A program made the position numbers and the translations under genes. DNA of 64,000 nt, taken from IMG/VR virus record IMGVR_UViG_3300042294_004068, positions 46,922-110,921 of that record. One strand, written 5' to 3'. Source of the stretch: a virus. Shown here one piece after another: positions 1-13,800 of this stretch. The notes beneath the pieces are model-generated. The model did not search any database and was not told the origin of the DNA. It saw only the letters and a program-made list of their open reading frames with translations. Within the stretch, counting starts at the first letter, position 1. Each line of letters starts with the position of its first letter.

Positions 1-2
1 CT

Positions 3-3638
<3,636 letters not shown>

Positions 3639-3659
3639 GAATGACAGAGAGGAGATAAC

Positions 3660-4361
3660 ATGCCAGCAATTGATTTTCCAAATAACCCGACGCTAAATCA
3701 GGTTTACACAAATGGAGTTAACACTTATTCTTGGGATGGTACTGCTTGGCGACTAGTTCGTACTAGTGCTCAAGGTCCTACTGGTCCTACAGGACCAGCA
3801 GGTGCAGACTCAACAGCTATTGGTGCAACTGGACCTACAGGTGCGCAAGGACCAACTGGCCCAGAAGGACCAGCAGGAGCTCCTTCAACTACACCTGGTC
3901 CAATTGGACCTACAGGTGCGACAGGTTCTTTCGCGATTGAACCTTGGACTTTATATACACCTGTTTGGTATGGCAGCACAACTAATCCGCAAATCGGTAA
4001 TGGAATTATTCAAGGTAGATATACCTATGTAGGTGCAACAATTTTTGGAGAAATTAGAATTCAAGCTGGAACTTCTGGATTTAACAGAGGAAGTGGAACT
4101 TATTCTCTAAGCCTTCCTTCAAACGGTATCGTCGAGAATTACCAGCCTGTAGGGCAAGTGGTTATGCGAGATGAAGGTCCAGGTATTACTTACTTTGGAA
4201 CTGCAATTTTCAACAATAACTTTACAAACAGAATTGAATTGTTTATGCACTCACAGTCTGCAACATTTGATGAAGGTGTAGCAGTTACTGAAAGCACTCC
4301 ATTTTTGTTTAGCGGTAATGACAAGATTCTTGTCCAATTCACATACGAGTCAGTGGTATAG
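3660..4361 (+). CDS. Short collagen-like fibre protein with AIDFP N-terminal module and beta-rich C-terminal head
   Basis: GAGGAG RBS; MPAIDFPNNP...YSWDGTAW; GPT tract; C-terminal GRYT.VG...YSLSLP region resembles the C-terminus of the upstream gene. Confidence 0.8.
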   Translation: MPAIDFPNNPTLNQVYTNGVNTYSWDGTAWRLVRTSAQGPTGPTGPAGADSTAIGATGPTGAQGPTGPEGPAGAPSTTPGPIGPTGATGSFAIEPWTLYTPVWYGSTTNPQIGNGIIQGRYTYVGATIFGEIRIQAGTSGFNRGSGTYSLSLPSNGIVENYQPVGQVVMRDEGPGITYFGTAIFNNNFTNRIELFMHSQSATFDEGVAVTESTPFLFSGNDKILVQFTYESVV

Positions 4362-4375
4362 GAGGCGAGTAGATA

Positions 4376-6265
4376 ATGGCAGCTATTGATTTTCCTAATT
4401 CTCCTACACCAAACGATTTATTTACTTCAGGTAGTCAAACTTGGCAGTGGGATGGAACTTCTTGGAACTTAGTTATTTCTCAAGTTGTTGGTCCTACTGG
4501 TCCTCAAGGTCCTACTGGAGCAGCAAGTAATGTAACTGGTCCTACAGGTGCGACAGGCACTGTTCTTTTAGCATCAGACACTCCTCCAACTGGAGCTTCT
4601 GCAGGTGATGCTTGGTTAAATACTGCAACTGGAAAAATTTATGTTTACTTTGATGACTACTGGGTTGAGTCTGCATCAAGTTTGAGCGGTAGCCAAGGTC
4701 CTACTGGAGCTACAGGTGCTACTGGCCCTCAAAGTACAGTTCTAGGTCCAACTGGTCCTACAGGTTCTACAGGACCAACAGGCCCACAAGGAAATACAGG
4801 CCCATCTGGTCCTCGAGGTTTTGACATCACTGGGCCTACTGGTCCACAAGGTCCTACAGGTGCACAAGGTGTAACTGGTCCTGAAGGTGAAAGAGGTCCT
4901 ACAGGTCCTATTGGACCAATCGGAAATACTGGTCCTCAAGGTGAAGAAGGTACAACTGGCCCAACTGGTGCACAAGGTTTGCAAGGTGCTACTGGCCCAA
5001 CTGGTCCTCGCGGATTCGTCGGTCCTACTGGCCCAGTAGGTGCTACTGGTCCGTCAGTAACTGGTGCGACAGGTGCAACTGGTGCTTCTGGCCCGACAGG
5101 TCCTGCAGGTGGACCTACAGGTCCAACAGGAGCAACAGGCCCTACTGGTTCTGAAGGTCCAACTGGTGCTGCTGGTCTTCGTGGTGCGACTGGTGCTACA
5201 GGTGCCACAGGTGCTGCCTCTACTATTCCAGGACCTACAGGTCCTACAGGTCCATCTGTAACTGGCCCAACTGGTGCTGCTTCCAATATTCCAGGACCAA
5301 CAGGTCCTACAGGACCAACAGGTGCTGGTCCTACTGGTCCTACAGGTTCAGCGGGAGCAAGTTTTGCTGGAGTAACATCTACAAGCAACCTTTCTGTTTC
5401 TTTAGGATCTGAAAACTTTATTGTTAATAAAGTTGATGCTTTTGCTGTCGGAACTCGAGCTCGTTTAGCTAGTGCTAGCTTCCCTCAGGATTATATGGAA
5501 GGTGTCATCACCACAATTGTTGGCACAAGCATCACCATGTTTGTGGACAAGGTAAATGGTGAAGGAAATACATATGCAAGTTGGAACTTAGTTCTTGGTG
5601 CTGGAGAAATCGGACCTACAGGTCCTACTGGTCCTCAGGGTGCTTCTATTAAGTTTAAAGGTACTGTTCAATTTGACGTAAATCTTCCAGCAAGTGGAAA
5701 TCAAATTAACGATGCTTATGTAGTTTCTGCAACAGGTGACCTTTGGGTTTGGAACGGAACTACTTGGCAAAATGTGGGACGTATTCAAGGTCCTACTGGA
5801 GGCACAGGGCCTACTGGGTCACAAGGACTAATTGGTCCTACAGGTCCTACAGGTGCTGATAGCACAGTTGCAGGACCTACTGGACCTACTGGAAGCACTG
5901 GACCTACAGGCTCTACTGGTATTCAAGGACCAACTGGACCTGCATTCTTTAATCTAACTGGTCCTCAGTATTTAGCTTCTGTAACTCTTACTGCTAATGA
6001 CAATGCTTCTTTAGTCAAGTTGAACAGCTCTTCTCCTACTGTTGTAACTATTCCAGCAGATGGAACTAGCGGATATACATTCGACACTGGTTCTCAGATT
6101 GTTTTGACGCAATTAGGTAGTGCTGTTTTCAGTGTTACTGGTGCTGCAGGAGTTAGTGTTCTTAGTGAAGGAAGTCGCTATACAAGTAAGCAGCGTTATG
6201 CAGTAGCTTCTCTAATTAAACTTGGAGCTAATTCGTGGTTGTTAAGCGGAAACCTACAGGCTTAG
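4376..6265 (+). CDS. Collagen-like fibre protein (AIDFP N-module; C-terminal adaptor-like domain)
   Basis: AGGAGG RBS; long uninterrupted G-X-Y tract; C-terminal TIP...F..G..I...Q.G...[20 protein letters not shown] domain also present in 22634-23095. Confidence 0.85.
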   Translation: MAAIDFPNSPTPNDLFTSGSQTWQWDGTSWNLVISQVVGPTGPQGPTGAASNVTGPTGATGTVLLASDTPPTGASAGDAWLNTATGKIYVYFDDYWVESASSLSGSQGPTGATGATGPQSTVLGPTGPTGSTGPTGPQGNTGPSGPRGFDITGPTGPQGPTGAQGVTGPEGERGPTGPIGPIGNTGPQGEEGTTGPTGAQGLQGATGPTGPRGFVGPTGPVGATGPSVTGATGATGASGPTGPAGGPTGPTGATGPTGSEGPTGAAGLRGATGATGATGAASTIPGPTGPTGPSVTGPTGAASNIPGPTGPTGPTGAGPTGPTGSAGASFAGVTSTSNLSVSLGSENFIVNKVDAFAVGTRARLASASFPQDYMEGVITTIVGTSITMFVDKVNGEGNTYASWNLVLGAGEIGPTGPTGPQGASIKFKGTVQFDVNLPASGNQINDAYVVSATGDLWVWNGTTWQNVGRIQGPTGGTGPTGSQGLIGPTGPTGADSTVAGPTGPTGSTGPTGSTGIQGPTGPAFFNLTGPQYLASVTLTANDNASLVKLNSSSPTVVTIPADGTSGYTFDTGSQIVLTQLGSAVFSVTGAAGVSVLSEGSRYTSKQRYAVASLIKLGANSWLLSGNLQA

Positions 6266-6266
6266 A

Positions 6267-7190
6267 ATGCTGATATCTACCCATGCAATGCATGCGACCC
6301 TGCCAGTAGCTTTTTTACCTACTAGCTGGTCACTTGTTCCTACCAGTTCTTTTGGCTCTACCAACATTAATTCAATTGCTACAAATGGCATGGGGCAATT
6401 TGTAGCAGTCGGTAGTTCTGGAAAACTTGCCACATCTAACGATGTTTCAACTAGTTGGACCCAGAGAACTTCTGGTTTTGCTGGTAGCAATATTTATGCA
6501 GTGGCATATGGAGACGATATTTATGTTGTTGGAGGAAGTTCTGGAAAACTTGCTACATCAACTGATGGAATAAACTGGACACTACGTTCATCTTCTTTTG
6601 GTGCTAGTGCAATCTTGGGAATCACATACTCTCAAGCGGCAGGTTTGTGGATTGCTGTAGGTGGTTCTGGAAAGTTAGCTACCTCTATTGATGGAATTGA
6701 TTGGACTCAAAGACTTTCTTCTTTTGGGACTTCTTTTATAAACAACGTTTATTCTGACGCAAATCTTATTATTGCTGTTGGATATGATGGAAAACTTGCA
6801 ACATCAACAAATGGGGTTAGTTGGACTCAACGCGGGTCATCTTTTATATCAAGCACAATTTTTTCAGTTGTAGGAAATCCAGCAAGAGACAAGTACATTG
6901 CCGTTGGAGACTCAGGAAAAATTGCTAGTTCTACTAATGGTCTTACATGGATTCAGTCTTTCCCAGCAAGTAGTTTCGGATCTTCTCAGATTAGGTCAGT
7001 CGCAGCAAATAGTGAGAACTACTATCTAGCTGGAGGAACTGCAGGAAAAGTTGCTACCTCAACGGATTCTATTCAATGGATTCAAAGAAATTCTGGTGTA
7101 GGCATATCCAACGTAAATGATGTTTATTTCGACGAGTCTTTAGCCATTGTTGTTGGAAACGGTGGCAAAATTGCTTACTCAGGAGGGTAA
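6267..7190 (+). CDS. Beta-propeller repeat protein (BNR/Ycf48-like), probable fibre tip/adhesin
   Basis: Seven ~42 aa repeats of the form (F/Y)VAVG.SGKLATS.DG..WT.R.S.F; starts 1 nt after the previous stop. Confidence 0.75.
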   Translation: MLISTHAMHATLPVAFLPTSWSLVPTSSFGSTNINSIATNGMGQFVAVGSSGKLATSNDVSTSWTQRTSGFAGSNIYAVAYGDDIYVVGGSSGKLATSTDGINWTLRSSSFGASAILGITYSQAAGLWIAVGGSGKLATSIDGIDWTQRLSSFGTSFINNVYSDANLIIAVGYDGKLATSTNGVSWTQRGSSFISSTIFSVVGNPARDKYIAVGDSGKIASSTNGLTWIQSFPASSFGSSQIRSVAANSENYYLAGGTAGKVATSTDSIQWIQRNSGVGISNVNDVYFDESLAIVVGNGGKIAYSGG

Positions 7191-7192
7191 AG

Positions 7193-7369
7193 ATGTTTAG
7201 ATACAACTTGACATATGACAATCCAAGAGGCCCTATGGTCGAGATTTTAGATGGTGCCAACGTGATTGACGAGAGTGGTCCGTGGGAGTCTATCGAGTCA
7301 GCCACTACTTGGGCAGAAGCATATGTGGGATTAAAAAATTCAAATGAATCAGAACCAGAAGTTGGATAG
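7193..7369 (+). CDS. Small acidic hypothetical protein, 58 aa (absent from ORF track)
   Basis: AGGAGG at 7181-7186, ATG 7193, TAG 7367-7369; MFRYNLTYDNPRGPMVEILDGANVIDESGPWESIESATTWAEAYVGLKNSNESEPEVG; fills the gap exactly. Confidence 0.75.
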   Translation: MFRYNLTYDNPRGPMVEILDGANVIDESGPWESIESATTWAEAYVGLKNSNESEPEVG

Positions 7370-7417
7370 TAATTATCCAAGTAAAATAGATAGTTAGTCC
7401 AGAAAGGAGCAAGCAGA

Positions 7418-8068
7418 GTGGCAGCAATTGATTTTCCAACGCCCGTAGTAGTTGGAGAAGAGTTCACATCTGGCGGTCAAACCTGGGTCTGGACTGGACT
7501 AGTTTGGGAAGCTAAGCGTGTAACTCCAACAGGTCCTACTGGTCCACAAGGTATTCAGGGTCCTACTGGAGCTACAGGTCCACAAGGTGACACTGGTCCA
7601 CAAGGTATTCAAGGTCCGACAGGCCCAGTATCAGATGTAGCTGGTCCTAGTGGTCCAATTGGTCCTACTGGTCCACAAGGACCTACAGGTCCACAGGGTT
7701 TGCAAGGAGACCAAGGTCCTCGCGGTTTTACTGGTCCAACTGGAGCAGATTCAAATGTTACAGGTCCTCAAGGTCCAACAGGCCCTCGTGGTGTTACAGG
7801 TCCTACTGGTACTACAGGACCACAGTCTGAAGTTCCAGGTCCTACAGGTCCTACTGGCCCAGTCGGTAAGTTTACTGCTAGCCCAACTCAACCTGACTTG
7901 TTGACTGCCGTTAATGGTGATGCTTGGTTTGATACAAACACCGCTATTACTTATGTTTTTTACAACGGAGTTTTTATTGAGACTCAGGGTGGTTCAACAG
8001 GACCAGCTGGAGCAACAGGTCCTGTAGGTTCTTTTGCTGTTAGCACAAGCTGGTGGTTAGGTACGTAA
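7418..8068 (+). CDS. Short collagen-like protein (AIDFP N-module)
   Basis: AAAGGAG RBS, GTG start, AAIDFPT...[11 protein letters not shown] tract, GDAWFD...YVFYNG module. Confidence 0.8.
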   Translation: MAAIDFPTPVVVGEEFTSGGQTWVWTGLVWEAKRVTPTGPTGPQGIQGPTGATGPQGDTGPQGIQGPTGPVSDVAGPSGPIGPTGPQGPTGPQGLQGDQGPRGFTGPTGADSNVTGPQGPTGPRGVTGPTGTTGPQSEVPGPTGPTGPVGKFTASPTQPDLLTAVNGDAWFDTNTAITYVFYNGVFIETQGGSTGPAGATGPVGSFAVSTSWWLGT

Positions 8069-8162
8069 TAATGCAAAACACGAGCACTTTTTTAAAATCA
8101 AAGATTTGTAGCAGTGGTATTCTACTAACAGATCTCGTGTGTGGTGAGAGAGGTAATGAATA

Positions 8163-10847
8163 ATGCCCGGCTTTTTAGGTGGTAGCTCAGGCGGCTCAAG
8201 CGGTGTTGGTGGAGAAATTAACTTCCCAAAGGAGTTTATTGACCCAGTAACTAAACTTCGCGTATCCGAGCCTGAGAACCTCATCGATACCGACTTTGAA
8301 TATGGTCTTCAGCCTACTAAGTGGGAAACTGTTGAGCTCATCAACAACACTCCATCATTCTTTTCTAAGTCTGGTGACACCACTATTCCCAACATTACTG
8401 CCATCACAACTAACGATGGCACACGTGAAATTACCGTCAGCACTGGCCTCCCACACGGGCTTGCGGTCGGTATTCCTATTAACGTAACAGGAACAAAATC
8501 AATTACAGCCGATGGTGCATACATCATCAACTCTATTCCGAACCCAAATACTTTCACCTACCTATGTCGCGACGTTCAGCTAGGCAATAACTCTATTGAA
8601 GACCTTTACTCCTCAGTTATTACAGGCGAGTTTTTCCAAGGTTCGCAGCTGCGTCTAGCAGACGCCGCTGGTATTACAACAGACGGTGAGTCAGTTTCAA
8701 CACTTACTGTTACAACAGGTTCTACTCACGGTTTTTATGTTGACACTCCGTTCTATTTCTTGAACCTAAACTCAACTATTTCGCAGGAATTCCCTGCAAA
8801 TAACAACGAAGCTAAGTCTTTTGACGCTTCTAACTCTGCTGTAGCCCAAACATTTGACGGTTCTAACACTCTTTCTCAAATCAATATTGATTGGTCTAAC
8901 TCTGCAACTGTAGCTGGCGTTACTAGCACAGTTAATATGAATGCTCAAAACCTTGTGAACAACACTATTACTGTTGCTCACGGCACAGAAAATTTTGCAA
9001 ACAGAGCTGTTGGAACTCCGTTTTACTATGATGTTGTATCTGGAGGCGGATATTTTGCTACCAATCCTCGCGGCGTTGTCTTCCTAAAAACAGCAACTGC
9101 TCTAGGAACTTCTAGCTCTACCTTCCAAGTTTCAGCAGTTCCAGATGGTGATGTCATTGAAATCCCAACCACAATGACAGGAACTTTCCAGTTAGCTAAC
9201 CAAGCACGTACTTTTGCTGGAAATAATACTAACTCTCTTACAGAAGTTGTAGTTGATATTGTTAAAGATACTCCAAAAGTTTTTGATGGTTCAAACAGCT
9301 CTGTTCAAATAGGTCAAGTAACTTCCTACAGCGGCTCCCTAGTAAACGTCACTTCAGCCCAAGCAATCCCTCTCGAGTGGTACTTCGGAGCTATGGTTTT
9401 CTACAACACCACTGGTACCGCTGCAAACGGTCTTACAAATAACACCACTTATTTTATTGACTCTTTCTTCTCTACTGGCGGACTTAACTACGCTTTCACT
9501 CTTAAACCTCTTCCAACTTCAGCAACAATTACATCAATTTCTGGTGGAACTGGTACTCAAACATTTAAACAAATTGGTGTGTCTCCAGATAGAGATATCT
9601 TCCACGTAAAAGACCACGGATACTCTCGCTTTGACATGCTTCGCTATGTTTCACCTGAAAACGGTGCTTTTACAGTAGTTGACTCATCTCAAGTCAAAAA
9701 TTTCTACTTTGTAGCTACAGTTATTGACCAACACAACTTCACTTTGAATCAGACCGTTGGTGAGCTAAGCCCACTAACTATCTCAAGATCAGGCTTTTCT
9801 AGATACGCAATTACTCCAACAACCGTGACGCCTATAGGTATGACTGCCCCTATTACTTATGCAGTTACAAGCGGAACTCTTCCATCAGGTCTGTCTCTCA
9901 ACCCTTCAACTGGAGTTGTTTCTGGAACTCCTACAGAAAATATTGCAGTCCCAGGACGTCAAGTTATTATTACTGGTACAGACGTAGACGGCATTTCTGC
10001 ATTCCAAGTACATACATATCAGTTTGATCAACCTCCTGCTTTGTACTCATTCTCAAGCGTTACATTCACACCAGGTGGTGCTGGTGGTACAGGTGGTCCT
10101 AACCTATCTCAAGCTCGCTCGGGTGCGGGCAACCCTTCATGGGGTAATACTTATATCAACATGCCAGGCAACACTGGAACAATTGTTTGGACTGTCCCTG
10201 AGGTTGCAACATACCGAGTAGAAGCTTATGGAGCAGCTGGTGGTTGGTCCAACGGTTGGGGTGCTCGTGGTGGCTATGGAACTCGTATGCGTGGAGACTT
10301 TAACTGGAGTCTCGGCGATGAAATTAAAATTGTTGTAGGTCAAGCTGGCTCTAATGATGGTTCTACTGGTGCTGGTGGTGGTGGAAGTTTTGTTGCTCGT
10401 CGCTCAGATAACCTTCCATACTTAGTTGCTGGCGGTGGCGGTGGAGCGGGCGCTGGCTGGTACGGATATTCTGACGCAACTACTGGTGAATCTTCCCGAG
10501 GATCTAACTCATTTGGTGGAGCAGGTGGCGGTAACGGTGGTAACGGCGAGTCTCATGGTGGAGGCGGCGGTTTCTATGGGAACGGCGGCGGCTGGGCAGG
10601 ACCTGGCACATCATTCGTAAATGGTGCATACGGCGGCTCTTACTCAAACGCTGGTGGTTTTGGTGGCGGTGGTGCTAACCGCGGTTGGGCTGGCGGTTCT
10701 GGCGGTGGCGGTGGTTACGCTGGTGGACCAAGTTCTTGGTGGTCATCTGCTGGTGGTGGAGCAGGTTCATACAATGCTGGTGCTAACCGTAGTGATTCGG
10801 AAGTTGCCAGTGGCGGTAACGGTCAAGTTTCAATTACGAGACTGTAG
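8163..10847 (+). CDS. Virion structural protein with HG beta-modules, Ig-like (He_PIG-type) segment and C-terminal glycine-rich domain
   Basis: N-terminal DPVTKLRVSEP..LIDTDFEYG.QPTKWE motif; SGTLPSGLSLNPSTGVVSGTP Ig-like signature; WTVP...YRVEAYGAAGG...GGGGS glycine-rich domain. Confidence 0.7.
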   Translation: MPGFLGGSSGGSSGVGGEINFPKEFIDPVTKLRVSEPENLIDTDFEYGLQPTKWETVELINNTPSFFSKSGDTTIPNITAITTNDGTREITVSTGLPHGLAVGIPINVTGTKSITADGAYIINSIPNPNTFTYLCRDVQLGNNSIEDLYSSVITGEFFQGSQLRLADAAGITTDGESVSTLTVTTGSTHGFYVDTPFYFLNLNSTISQEFPANNNEAKSFDASNSAVAQTFDGSNTLSQINIDWSNSATVAGVTSTVNMNAQNLVNNTITVAHGTENFANRAVGTPFYYDVVSGGGYFATNPRGVVFLKTATALGTSSSTFQVSAVPDGDVIEIPTTMTGTFQLANQARTFAGNNTNSLTEVVVDIVKDTPKVFDGSNSSVQIGQVTSYSGSLVNVTSAQAIPLEWYFGAMVFYNTTGTAANGLTNNTTYFIDSFFSTGGLNYAFTLKPLPTSATITSISGGTGTQTFKQIGVSPDRDIFHVKDHGYSRFDMLRYVSPENGAFTVVDSSQVKNFYFVATVIDQHNFTLNQTVGELSPLTISRSGFSRYAITPTTVTPIGMTAPITYAVTSGTLPSGLSLNPSTGVVSGTPTENIAVPGRQVIITGTDVDGISAFQVHTYQFDQPPALYSFSSVTFTPGGAGGTGGPNLSQARSGAGNPSWGNTYINMPGNTGTIVWTVPEVATYRVEAYGAAGGWSNGWGARGGYGTRMRGDFNWSLGDEIKIVVGQAGSNDGSTGAGGGGSFVARRSDNLPYLVAGGGGGAGAGWYGYSDATTGESSRGSNSFGGAGGGNGGNGESHGGGGGFYGNGGGWAGPGTSFVNGAYGGSYSNAGGFGGGGANRGWAGGSGGGGGYAGGPSSWWSSAGGGAGSYNAGANRSDSEVASGGNGQVSITRL

Positions 10848-10864
10848 GAAAGAGGATAATATAA

Positions 10865-13800
10865 ATGCCAATTAACGTAACAGCTGCTGGTGCTGTTGGT
10901 ACTCACTCTTTTTCTAGAGTAAACGTGAATCTTGATGAAGATTTCATCTACTTTAAGAATACAGCCCCGAACGTTATCCCAGCTGCCCTAGCTCCTGGAG
11001 TAGCATTTTTGTATACATCTGGTGTTGGGTCAGTTACAGGATTTACCGAGAATGGTCTTGTTTATGTAACTACAACTCAACCAAAAAAACTACAATTTAG
11101 TGCAACTTTTAATGGCTCAGCACTCAATCTTACTGATAGCGCAGCTGGTTCAATTAAGTTTAATACTCCAATTGTTTACGCAAATAAGCTAAATATTGAC
11201 GCATCAACACCAACAAATCAAGCAGTGAAGTATTACACAAACGGAACTCCTTTAGTTGGCTTGACTAGTGGAGATACATACTTCTTAAAGAACGTATCAA
11301 TTTCTGAGTTTGCTGGTTCACAGGCACTTTATGCCTTTACTAGCCACACCTTTACAACCTGTGGAAAGACTGGTCGTGTTGGACCTACTCAAACAGAAAT
11401 GCGTAACTTTTATAATACAACTTGGGACGATCAATATATTTCTCAGGGTTCATTTGTCGGTTATCAAGACTGGACAGTTCCTGTATCTGGTATTTACAGC
11501 TTTAACGTTCGTGGTGCTTCTGGTTTTGATGGTAACGGATCTGGTGGTGTAGGCCGCGGAGCTGTTGTTGAAGGACGTATTGCTTTAACTAAAGGTGAAG
11601 TTATTACAATCGCCGTTGGTCAACGTGGTGAGCAAGGTGGAAGTGCTACATGGGGTGGCTCTGGTGGTGGAACATTCGTTGTTCGTAAAACTGGTAACGA
11701 GCCTTTGTTTGTCGCTGGTGGTGGTTCTGCTGAATCAAACTCTGGTGCTGGACGAGATGGTGTTCTTACAAGACTTGGTGGTACATCTACCAATGGTCAG
11801 CAAGCTGGCGGTAGTGTTGGTTTTGGTGGTCGTGCGCAAAGCCCTCTTGGTTACTCTGCTGCTGGTGGAGGTTTCTTCTCTCGCGGACAGAACGGTAGCT
11901 TTGGCTCAGAACCAACATTTGGTGGTGGTTCATTCCTAGACGGTCTAACCATGGGAACTAACATTCGTACTGGTGGTTATGGTGGTTTTGGTGGCGGTGG
12001 TCAATCTGACGGCAACCGTGTAGGTCAGTCTGGTGGTGGCGGTGGCTACTCTGGTGGTGGCGGTGCTCGTTCTACAACAGCCAACCAGTCTGGTGGTGGT
12101 GGTGGCTCATTCATCGTAGCTACTGCTACAAATGTTGGAACTTCTACAGGTATCTTTGACGGAGCAAACACATTTAATGGTTCTCCAATTTCAAACCTTT
12201 CTACATATAACACAGGTGAAGGTCAAGTTACAGTATCACTAGTTTCTAGCTTTACAACTGGTAACAGTATTCACCCAACAGCACAGGATGCAGAAAACGG
12301 TACAAATGCAATTGCCATTGCACCAGCTGGTTCTTCATACCACGCTTTTGTGCCAATCAGCTTAGACATTCAAAATGATCAAATTCATAGTGCTGCTCCA
12401 CACACTCTTACAAATGGTGAAGCAGTTCAAGTAAATTTCAATGGAGTTCCTCCAGTTGGAATAACAAATGGATCAATTTATTACATAAACACAGTCAGTG
12501 CGTTTAGCTACCGATTGAGCACTACTCCTGCACCATCGTTTACAAATATTAACTTAACTGCTCCATCTTCTCGAGAAGTCGCAACAACTGCTAAGTTGAG
12601 TCGTGTTGTTGTAAACACAGCTACTGACACTTTGACTATTAATAACCACGGATTCTTAGTAGACCAACCTCTACGTTACAACGTTGGTGATGGAACAGCT
12701 ATCGTTCCTCTTATTGATCAAGCTACATACTATGTATCTGAAGTTATCAATGCTAACCAAATTAGGTTGAAGTCTTCTTTGAACTCTCCTACTTACATTA
12801 ATTTCACTAATACTGGTACTGGTACTGGTCACAGCTTTATCTTCTTGACTGTTAACGCTCTTGAAGATACTCTCTACATTCCTAACCACGGCCTTGTATC
12901 TGGTCAAGCAATCCGCTATTCAAAGGGTGGTTCTGGAAACGTTGTCATCCCAGGTTTGACTGATAACAACACCTATTACATTGTTAAAGTTGACAACAGC
13001 ATTGTGCGCCTTGCTACAAACAAAGCATTAAGCATTATTGCAAATATCACTAACCAAGATCCATGGCCAGCAACTGGTACTCATTCGCTGTTTATTACAT
13101 CGCTTGATTACACAACTGACACAATCACTCTTCCAAGTCACGGATTCTTGCAGGGAGAGCTTGTTGAATATGACTCAAAGGGTCAGACAGTTGTCAATGG
13201 TTTGACTACTGCTACTCCATACTACGTAATTTTCGTAGATGGAGATAACATCAAACTTGCTACAACTCCAGAAAATGCTGATGCAGGTACAGCTGTTGAT
13301 CTAACAGCGAGCCCAGCAGGTGTTGGACGTCATACTTTACGTTCTTTGTCAAAGACTCCAGATGGTATTTACACCATCACTTCTACACCTTCTCCTCAGA
13401 CATTTACTGTCGAGGCAGCAGGTAACGTTCCAATTATTACAAAGGTGTTTAACCCAAGAGGCACAATCGACCTTGAGCTAAATACTTTCTTTATTCCTTC
13501 TCACGGTTTTACAACTGGAACAAAAGTCACATATGAGCAAGGAGATGCTGCAACTGATATTGCTGGTTTGACAAACAACACTGATTATTATGTTGTTGCA
13601 ATCAACCGTGACTATCTACGTCTAGCAACTTCAGCAGAAAATGCTGCAGCTGGTATTACTCTTAACATCAGCGACCACGGTACTGGTGTTGGTCACAAGC
13701 TTATTACTGACCAAATCAACGGTAACGTAACTGGTTCAGGAACCGTATCTGTTTCATCTGGTTCTGTTCTTGTTAACGGTTCTGGTACTGCGTTCTCGAA

